Positions 1 to 10,700 of a DNA stretch of 64,000 nucleotides are shown here, one piece after another. Both the position numbers and the translations under genes were made by a program. Positions within the stretch are counted from its first letter, which is position 1. Each line of letters starts with the position of its first letter. The stretch covers positions 124,001-188,000 of the forward strand of contig KZ537972.1 in the NCBI GenBank assembly GCA_000934665.2. The letters are read 5' to 3'. Under the pieces are notes generated by a model. That model searched no databases, was not told the DNA's origin, and saw only the letters and a list, made by a program, of their open reading frames with translations. The DNA is from Catajapyx aquilonaris (Eukaryota).

Positions 1-674
1 GCGAATACACCCTCCTCTAACTGGACAATTGTTAAGGTTATAGTCAGTACACTTGGTGCTACATTGTGGGGGATTTAGCTCATAAATAGTTGATGTCTCT
101 CCAGTTGGAGTGCCAAAATTCCGATCTCCTTGTTAGAGGGTGATGGACGAATCCGAACTCTTGATCTAGCTACAACGCCTCATCCATCACGGCTAATTAA
201 TTTTGCAGCGACCAAAGGCGTGTTAACAATGGCCGGGTCATCTGTTCCATTATGGGCTGCGGAACAAAAGCGTCGGGGAGATTATCTCTCAGCGGCATAA
301 CTTAAAACCAGTAGAAGCAGAGTTATGCGGACGGATTTATAGATAGTGGGAAGGGTATAAATTTCTTTCTCTCCAAAAAATCGCGGGTCCGGCCCACCTC
401 CATCCCCAGCCTTTAAAAACCCAATAAATTACCTTCCACTCGAGATTTGTTGGCTCGGGAGAAATTCCTTCTCCTCCTCCTCCTACCACCCTCCATCTTT
501 TTCTTCTTCTTCTTCCTCCGGAGATGCCACCAGCACCACAACTTAAATCAATACTCCTGCAGCTTCATCAGCATCTTTTCCAATCTCCGCGGTGTTTCTT
601 CGCCGGAAGGGAACCGTCACCAGTCCTCCGGTCCTTACCGTTTGATATCAAAGTGCAACAGGGTGGCACACAAA

Positions 675-843
675 GACAACCAAGGCAGAATTAAATATCG
701 GGTGATTACGCCAGGGCATGTAGTTTCTGGTTGGGTTCGCTAGAGGGGGTATGGCGCCTACGAGTGCTGCACTCGAGCGAATCCTGGGCGGAACTATATG
801 CCCTGGCGTAATCAACCGATATTTAATTCTGCCATTGGTTGTC
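675..843. repeat. Inverted repeat (~52-bp arms, ~63-bp spacer)
   Basis: gacaaccaaggcagaattaaatatcgggtgattacgccagggcatgtagtt pairs with aactatatgccctggcgtaatcaaccgatatttaattctgccattggttgtc. GRIKYRxITPGH appears in ORFs on both strands. Confidence 0.85.
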
Positions 844-3387
844 GGATACATCCAAATTTCTGGGTTTAGCGTGATATTCATTGTTGAATCATATTAGAAG
901 GTAGTTAACTAATTATACTACCCACAGCCTAGCATCTTAAAAAATAGACATGTCCTTAATATTGATGCCTCTGTGGGACGGTAGGGTTTCATAAGAGGAT
1001 TTCTTATGGACCTCACTATATACCCACCATTCTGCTTGGTGGAGCAGCGGGTGGCGGGCCTCGGCTCCACCAATCAGATCGCTTTTGGTGTCGGTAGGGG
1101 CAGAGGTCGCCGCCTACTTTTTGATAAGTTATGCTGTGGGTACTGTAGTAGGCCTGTGCCGGAATTCTAACTTAAACTCTCGGTTAAAAATCGTGTGATA
1201 TGATTTAAATGAATATTTTACATGCACCATACTTTAAGTTACATGATACGTAAGTTCTAAACACTGCTTAAGTGCTGTCAAAGTATTATAAACTCTGCTT
1301 GCCTCTCCGTATTCCACGCTTAATGTGCTCTTAGTCAGGCTTTTTCGATCGAGTCAGTAAGATGTAGTGTGACACCCTGTACTTTTCCACAGGACCGGAC
1401 CCAACAATTAACATCGATCAGAGAGTGCCATTGAAAGCGCGTCAGATTTGAGGGTTTGGAAATATGTGGTGTTTTGGCAGATCGTTTACCGGGGAACTAT
1501 TAATTACTAAAGCCCCCCCCCCCCCCTTTCTAACTCGGGATGACGTGTTGTGGGATCATAATGCACTGGGACCACGGTTATGTGGTGTGCAGGGGGGTAT
1601 GGGCATGAAAAAGTCTGTGATTGGATTATTTGCATACTATATTCAGAGCCGCACTATACGTCCCCAGGCCTCCCCACCACCCATCCCCACCATAAACATT
1701 CACCTTTGTTATTGTTAATTACTTGTGGCGCCCTCAAAATCCGGCATCAATCATTTCGGCTCCCATTGTTTCAATTTGTCTTCTTTGTCGGACGTATTTT
1801 TCACACGGCGGATCAATGTCCGACCTTTTCAAAATTCTGCTCATGTACCAGACGCGAAACAAGGCCGAAATGCAGTACAACGTTGATTTGAACCGCATAA
1901 AAGCGTCGCGGTGAATGAGGATAATGGCGGATACAGGAATGAATTTAGTGTAATACGAGCAATTTTTGCGGGTTTTTATTTGACTCTTAATTACAGTGGA
2001 TATTCCCATATTTTCGAATTGAGTCTAATTCTTTGATGTTGAAAGTATGGTCAGGAACATTTGCGGTCATGTTTCTCTACATATGCAGATTCGTGGTGCC
2101 AATATGTCAGTGCTTTTAATATCCAGGAAAACTTACAATTTACATGTAAAAATGCAACTTGGCACTTTCAGTTGCGCGCTTCAATTATTTTCTTTAAGCA
2201 CGGCACCACCTGCACCAAAATGGATCCTGGAGAGAGAAAAATATAGCGTTTCCCAGGCTCTTTGTAATCTAGGACTATATTGCAGCATTCCAGTTAAAAA
2301 GAGGAAGCATGTATAGCGTCCCTTTTTTCCTGTGCAAGCGTTGTCACTCGTTAATGCTATTGATTTTGAGGCCATTATATATTTTTTTTCATCGCCTCTG
2401 TGTCCAATCTAACTGGCTATTATTCATAGGCGAAAGTGCGGAAAGGGGGGGATTTTTAGAGGCTCCTTTAGAGATCCTGTGTGGCGTGCTGCCCATTTTC
2501 GAGCGAGTCTGTAGTACCATTTTTCACCCACTAGAAAGGTCTGTAGCTGACCCTGCCCTGTGTCAAAGGTGGCCATGAGTACGACGAATTATACAGGGCA
2601 ATATCCTCCTGATTTCTGATATGGTAGTAAGGGCAGCCAATAAAGCTTCCAATCAGTGTCTAGAAGGCCTCGTTCAATCTTGACGGAAATCGAGAGGAAA
2701 AGGAACCGGGGAGGTTATAACTCATCCAATTTGCTTGGAGGAAGAAGGCGAATCAGTGCAAGATGGCCAATGGAGCAAACTTCCGGACGGATTCGGATGT
2801 CCGGCTGGCATCCATTTGGACACGACGCTAAGTAATCACAGACTTGATGGGTAGGAATTGAATTACATGGCTTTAAATCGCGGAAAGAATGGCATGAAAC
2901 AGTAAAGGGACAGGTCGGAATGTGAAATGCTTCCATTCCCGTCTATGTTGCGGGGTTTAACTTTCCAACCTTGCTTCCAACTACCCCAAATAGGACTACT
3001 CTCCATTATTCAGCCCAACTTCTCGACTCCTCCCATCCAGAGAAAGAAAGTAATGGATAAGCATGCCCAGCGCAAACTATAGCTAGTCCTTAGCACCGCT
3101 GTGAAATATTTAATGGGCATCAGTAGACCAGAGGATATAAATAATACCTGGTAGAATTTGTGTGACGTCACAATATTGCCAAGCCCCACTGGCAACAAGG
3201 GAGGGGAAAAAAATCATAAAGTTGACTAATGACTATAGGCAAATTCTCATTATACAAAAGATTCAAGGTAAGGATTGTGTTTCCTCATTAAAATAAGGGA
3301 GGCGAGTTGGAAAGAGTGCAAATTATATCGATTGTCGACAGAAACAAAAACAGGAGCCAGGTTTGGAAATTAGGTTGAAGCTGCGTC

Positions 3388-3800
3388 TTATTCCAGGAGA
3401 AAGGGCTTATTGTCGACTGAGACGTCGGGATGTGGAAAGTCTCCAGCATTTGATTGCGAAGGATTTCTGGGGAAGGAAAGGGCTTTCCACCTGTCTATCT
3501 CTGTTTCCGGGGAGCAGATAAAAGGCAATGGATCATCACCAGGATTTTCTCTTTTTCCGTTCTTCGAAACCCATTGATTCCTGTCGAACTGTGTGTGGGG
3601 AGAGAACAGGGCATATAAAAACAATCAATAGCCCCCCTGACAGGAACGCGTTGCGGAAAGGTTGATGGAACACGGAGTTGGCAGGGTATGGCGTCACGGG
3701 CTAATGCGGGTGTTACACGGCAGCGGCACTCAGCCCAGACCGATATCAGGATTGATGTGTGGTATGAGTGAGAGGGTAAATTGCAGTCTTGGGTAATACA
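3388..3800 (-). mobile_element. Possible decayed LINE AP-endonuclease fragment
   Basis: Minus-strand remnants INPDIG (cf. PDIIxITE) and AGDFPHPDV (cf. GDFNxPxI). Confidence 0.25.
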
Positions 3801-4749
3801 GGGGTGGACCTACATTTACTTGGGGAAAGGTGACAGGATGAAGCGAGGTCGTTTAATTGCATGAATCAGATATGATTATTATAAGTTATTTGTTGGGGGC
3901 TGACTTCACGGTGTAAATGTTAGAAGGTAATGTCGTTTGCTAGAACGTGGTACTTACCGTGTTGAAAGATAGACATTCGGAGTACAGCGCGACAAAAACA
4001 ATATTGCTTGAGCTTGCCGCCTATGAACATAATCAAAAAAATTGGTTTATCACAAACATGATCATGTTACTTAATTAGGCCTGAAACTAGTGAAAGTCTT
4101 CATTATGGCGGTGGAACTGAAGGCGAATAATAATTACCTGCTTAGGAGGAAAAGCTCTGGGAAAAGTGGTCGTGTGACAGAGGCGGAAAATTTTATTATA
4201 CGTAACAGGGAGGGGGAGGAATGGTTTTAAACCAGGGTCCTAATCTACGCTTGTCTTATTCCGGGGAATAATACAAAAAAAAGGAGGAGAGAACGAGCGC
4301 CAATTCCTGGACTGGAAAGCAGCATTTCTTGCAAATTCCTCGAGAGCAATTTTGGAAGACTGGGGAGGGGGAAACGAGGAGCAGAAAGTTTTAGCCGACC
4401 TGGAAAAAAATAGTGCCGAATTCCCCTAAGCATTTGGAAGAGCAATGACTTTTGTCCAATGGAGACGTCAATTGGAGAAGCAGCCTTTGATTCCAAACTT
4501 TTTTCCACCTTTTGTGTTGCCCCACCCATTTTTTATTTTATTTTTGATGCGACTCCCAAGTTTGATTATGGTACCGTCCAAACTAGTTTTCATTCCAATC
4601 TTGTCATATAATGGAGGACTTGGGTGCAGGATATTGTTTTTATACCTGCTTCCATCTTTTATCAACTACATGTGCAGGTGTCCTGCCGCTTTGAACTCAG
4701 TGGAAATAAATAGTTCAGGATGATTAATGTTGCCAATTTATTATTTCAG

Positions 4750-7700
4750 GTCCGAGAAAGGTTACGGGTGGCGCTCGAACGAGTGGCAACGTTAGAAGAA
4801 GAGTTAACTCAAACCAAAGATGAAGTAAGTGCAAGCGGTTTCCACACACCTTTTTTCCCCCCTGTCACACTTGTAAGATGATACCCATCATGCATGTCGT
4901 TGTTGAGAGCCCAGGGACTGGAGAGGGGAAAAAATTGGCCCTTCTTTGTGCATGTGCAAGCGTTTGATGGATTATCCACGATCCGAAAGGATTGGTGTGG
5001 TTCCGGGAAAAGAGCCTCATCCATCACTGGGGGCCCTGCGCTTATTGGACACATACGAGAGTTCATCCAGGGCATGGCAATCCGTACCAATCCCTGGAAA
5101 GTACTGGCATCTGTAGGTCCAAATTTTGAAAGGAAGGGCACAAAGACCCAAAATAATGTGATAGTTGTACATGTACCATCTAAAACAGCCATGTCGTTTC
5201 CTGTTGAGTTAATAATCCAGGGGGTATTGATTGGCCAACGTGCAATACATGAGAAAGCTGGGGTGGGTTAATAATGCCTCTGGATGCCGAGATGGCAGAA
5301 TTCAAGAGTAGGCTGGTAATCCTGGAGACAATCTGGGAGGTTTATGCCCGCGAGTCTCTGCTCGCTTTGCTTGGATTAACGCAGCTTCATTTTCCCCTCT
5401 GTAGCTTCAGCAGTACAAAATGGGTAAGATTGTCGATGAGAGTCTCAAAGGGAAGCAGAATGGACAGCAGGAAGGTGACCAACAGCAATTGCCTAAGGTT
5501 GGTTCCACTGCTTTTCAAAGGGTGCAAACAATGTGCTAAACCACACTCTTAAATTTTACAGCGTCTTTCTAATGGTTCATTAGAACCTGACTCTGATGTC
5601 CAACGGGTATTAGAACTACAAAACACATTAGAGAAGCAGGTATGAATAGACTTAATGCTTAGCGCTCATTACTTTCAATACAGGTTGAGAGCACTTTTGA
5701 CAACTAGCCATTAGAATTTTTTGGGGGAGCGCATGGGGAAAATGCAAGCAGGGCATAATTAGGGAGACGCCCCTTGAGACCAAAGCATTAAATTTTCCAG
5801 AACGCTGAGTTAAGTGCCTCCCAGCGAAAAGTCGTAGAGTTGTCGCAGAAAATCGGAGAGCTTGAAGATACCTTCTCTAAAGCCCAGAAGGAGCTTGTAA
5901 AAACACAGGAGTCCAACGCAAAGCTGCAGAGGGACCTGAGGGAAAATGTAGCGCAAAAGGAAGACCAGGTCAGGACAAGTCAGAATATTCAAATAAGCAT
6001 TCTGAGCCTTAAATGCAATTGTTGTCATATGTGCAGGAGGAGAGGATAACAACGTTAGAAAAGAGGTACCTGAATGCCCAAAGAGAGTCGACGTCACTTC
6101 ATGACCTTAATGAGAAGCTGGAACAAGAGTTGCAGCACAAGGAGGCCCAGATCAAGGTAGTGTTGCTAAAAGTGTTGATGTAGTGTGAATTTTAACATTT
6201 TGCTCGACTTGCAGTTGCAAGATGACAAGATCCGAGCCATCCAAGAGAAGCTGGAACTCTCGGAGCAAAAGCTGACCCAATATGCAAAGCTTCCTGACAT
6301 CGAGGAAGAACTCAAGCAGCGAATGGAAGCCCTCACTCAGGTAGTAGTTCCTAGGACAGTTTCTCAGAGCCTGCTACTCCGATCGAGGGCATTTCCTAAC
6401 ACAGCTAATTTGCGTCAGGCACAGGAGAGACATGGTACTGCTGAAGACAGAATTCTTAGATTGGAGGCCCAAGTGGAGGAGAAGAACACGGAGCTCCTCA
6501 AGCTCAACCAGAGGTTAAAAATGAACGAGGAGCACAACACCAGGCTATCCAGTACAGTGGACAAGCTCCTCTCAGGTGTGCACCATTGCATTAGATGTTT
6601 TCTTTCAGATTAATATTGTTTACTTTCTTCGATGTAACCTTTGATAACATTTTAAAATTTCATGATCAGAGTCCAATGAGAGGTTGCAAGTGCACCTGAA
6701 GGAGAGGATGCATGCTCTGGAAGAGAAGAACGTGCTTACTCAGGAACTGGATAAGACTAGGAAGGTGCTTGAAGATTCGCAGGGTGATAAGGTAGGAGTG
6801 AAAGAACATTAGAAGAAAAAGTTCGTTTGAAATGAAGGTTGTTAGGAGAAGGGAGAAAAAAAAGTGTGAAACTTGCATTTTCAGCTTAAAGTGAAGAGCA
6901 ATTTGGGGTAACTTGTTGACAAGTAATTTCGCAGAAAAGTCACAGAGTCGTGTTTTTTTTCCTCCACACTTTTCATAGGCAAGGTTAGCTGCGGAATTAG
7001 CGAGATTAACTTTAGACCTAGATGCATTGCGGAGGCAACAATTGGTGCGGTGAGTAGGCAGAGGTGTCATTGCAATCTTTTCTCAAGCATTCGCTTCTCT
7101 TTTCTTTTTTTTTGTTCTCTCCTCCCTCCAACCTTTTTTCATTTCCCTGCTTATGTCGACTCCACACCCTTTCTCTACCCCTCACTCCCCTTTAACAAAC
7201 GCACGGAACAAAAAAAATAAAGGTTGACATTATGAAGGAGCTGAACAAATCCAGGCTTGAGATTGAGAACCTTAAGCGACAAATGCTGCAGCAAGAAATT
7301 GCTTTTAATATTCAACAGACTGAAGCACTCACAAGGTATGGAGTTTTTGTTTCGGGGAGGGAAGGGGAAAGGGGTGTAGTTATTGACTTTCTCTCTTGAG
7401 TTTACTCTCTGCTGAAATTTTTTTTCAATCCTTTTTTTCGGCTGCTTCTTTAATCTTTTGCTAAACTAACCCTGGCACTGTTATGAATATGCTTTCCCCT
7501 GTCCTGCTGGCTTTATCTTTTTTTATGCACTTAACTCTACATTTCTTATTTGTAAAATCTCTAGTGTGTAGTACATTATATTGAATAGTCATGCTCTATT
7601 GTTAATAGTCTCTTACCAGATTATTAACTATATTAACAGTTGCTATTAATGTAATGCAGAGTAAAATGCGTCTTGAACAGACCATGAATTCATTGCTGAA

Positions 7701-10700
7701 TTTTTGTTTGGTCCTAGTGGAGAATTTTTAATGTATTTTTTATTGTAAACAACATGAGCTTGTTTCACGTGAAATTATCCCAGAAGGGGAGCAGCTCCAC
7801 TCTAGACAAGTTTTACTATAGGTGAAATTAAGTATAGCAAATTTTGCAATCTGGTTTTCATGAATGTGAATAATGGTTAACTCTTTTAATTTTTGGGAAT
7901 TTTAGGAGCCTGTCCCCAACGCCAGTTGAGAGCAGTTTTGTACGTAGCTCTAGTCATACGAGCTTCGACACACATTCCCTCTCTCGGAGGCAGAAGGGCA
8001 GGGTTGGGCTGGATGATGACCCAACAAAGGTGAAATTTTTGTTTTTGCTTAGAAAATATGGATAGCAATTTGTACTTACATGGAACTGGAATTACTGAGA
8101 ATCTGTAAATTATGCTTAAATTTGGGTTCTCCTTGTAATTGCTATTAAGATTTTCTGGCATGAAGGGTATTTCTGAAAGGCTTACCTATGTTGGTTTATA
8201 ATTTATTCATTAATTGTTCAGCACAATAATGGCTTGATGACTGCTGAAATACGCTATGACATGTTCATTACATATTTGCTGTTTACAGGTTCTTAATGAG
8301 GAAGACTGGGAGAGTCTTCAACAAGCACATGTCCTTGCCAATGTCCAGCAGGCCTTTGACGTGAGTGATGCAGAGGCTGACGACTCGGAGTCGATCTTCA
8401 GTGCTGTCGACCTGCTCTCACCGACGGGACCTACCGATGCACAGACACTTGCTATGATGTTACAGGAGCAGCTTGATGCTATCAATAATGAGATCAGGTA
8501 ATTAATACTTCTTATGACCTGTGAGGTCCTCACTGATCGTTTTTGGTACATGTCCTATTTTTTTTTAGTTGGTTTTCTTATTGGGCTAGTGTTAATTACT
8601 CAATCTTTCATTAATAATGAGCAAACATTACGATAATAATAATGATAATATTCCAATGTCCCATTTCAATAGTTGCATCTTTTTACATATTGTACAGACT
8701 GATTCAGGAGGAGAAGCAAAGTACAGAAGCCAGGGCAGAAGAGCTGGAGTCTCGTGTAGGAAGCTTGGAACATATGAATCTACTGACCAGAGGGCGCAGT
8801 TTCGAGAGGAGTTCTCCGCCCCTCAGCGGTCGGTCAACTCCAAAGTCACACCACTCACCTCAGAGGGACTACATGCACAAATACCACACTGTAAGTATCT
8901 GAGCTCTTGTGTTGGCATCGTCACTTGTTCACATGCAGGAAGAATTTCCTGGCATTTGGTGCCATTGGGTATGACGCATTGGGTAGCTCTCTGCTCCCGC
9001 AGGGGTTATTTCCAGTCACTTTCTGATTGTTGACTCCTTGTTTGAGTCACTGTTCATTAGTTTGGTAAGAGCTCAGAATTAAGAGAAAGTGTCAAGAGAA
9101 ATTTGCCATCAGTAATTTCTCTTGTATTGACTGCTTACATTACCCTTTTCTTTCCGCTTTAATGGATTAGTTCCAGGTCTGTTGGCAAGCTCACCTCTTT
9201 TTACACTATTCAGTAGTTTAGTGTGGGTAGTTTTTTCTTTTAATTTTTATCTGATAATATATACTCTGTGTAGTTGAAGAATGCTTTGTGGAAAGGGAAA
9301 GAGTATGTTAGTAGGGGACAGAACCTTCTTCAACTATGGTGACCCAAGTTGGAGTCCCATTTGTTAGAGCTCATCTTTTCATACCCTTTCATTTGTATTT
9401 GTTTTGTGTCCCAGTAGTGTACCATTGTGTTTGTTTGGATGAATTGCTGTTTTTCTGTGTTTGCCTTGAAATCTTATGGACGGGATAGAGTAGTGTTTGT
9501 GTGATCACCAACACTGGTCTGATAACATATGGCATGACTTGAATGAAATGGGTTCTTGTACTAGGAGTAGTCACAATACATTTCTCTCCTTTCTTTTTAT
9601 CAGATATACATTACATTACTTCATATGAGATGGAATGATTTTAAATCAGGAAGTGTGACGAATCAATCATTTAGGCATCGTGTAGAAAGTTACTTGCATG
9701 TACAGTTTGTGAAAATTGTTTTTATACACATGTATACTCCACAAGTACATAGCTTCCACAACTTTAACTTTTATGCACATGTAGACGGAAAAATTTTATA
9801 CTTGCACTCTCTGTCCTCCTCAACTCTATACCAGTAGTAGTTCACTTGTCACTCTATCACTCATATGCACATCTGGGCAAAAAAGTTATCTCTTTAAAAA
9901 AAAATTTAAAAAAACACCAAGTCTCTCCAAAATTGGCAGTTGGGAAATTGAGGGTCACACCCCCCCCCCCAGTTAGCGCAAAACAGGAGGAGACTCGCTT
10001 CGTCCACTTGAAAACCCAACACATGCAGGCTTTTAATCGGGTGCTTTCTACCCGCTCCCACCCCCCAACCCCCAACTTTGATGCCTATTCTCCTAGGCAC
10101 CTGCTTCTATGTCACCATCGCAGCTGCACCAGTACGCTTCTCTCAGTCAGGGCCAGCTTTCTGAATCACTGCCTTCTAGTCAGGTTCGTATCCATCTCCT
10201 AAGATATACTAAAAACTAAACAAAAAGCAAATCACCAACCACCATCACACCTTACGATCTTCTGTTGTCCCAATCTGTTTTTGCATTACCAAGATTATTA
10301 GTTACTGTGTGTATGCCATGCAGGCTTCTTAGAGGTTTCATTTTGGGTAGGCACCCTAATCACATGTTTGTTTCAGAGTTGTTATTGAATGAAGTTATAC
10401 TGGTTGATTGGAAGAAGCAAACTTCTAATCCGTGTTGGCAGTAGAAGTATGAGTGAATGTTACCATAGGAAGCAGTGTCACAAAGGGACTGTGAAGCTTT
10501 GCCCTTCATGACTGTTTTTTGTAGTAATTATGCCCAGATGTCTGCTGCAAACTTGAATTAGAAGCACTGTAATGTAATACTTTTTTTTGGTTGAATTTAG
10601 TGGCTGCTATAAAATATGGACAATTGAACATGCCACATTGTGCCTTGCAATTCTGGAAAGTCCCAACACGTAATGTTGACTCTTACTTGCAAGAGTGGTA

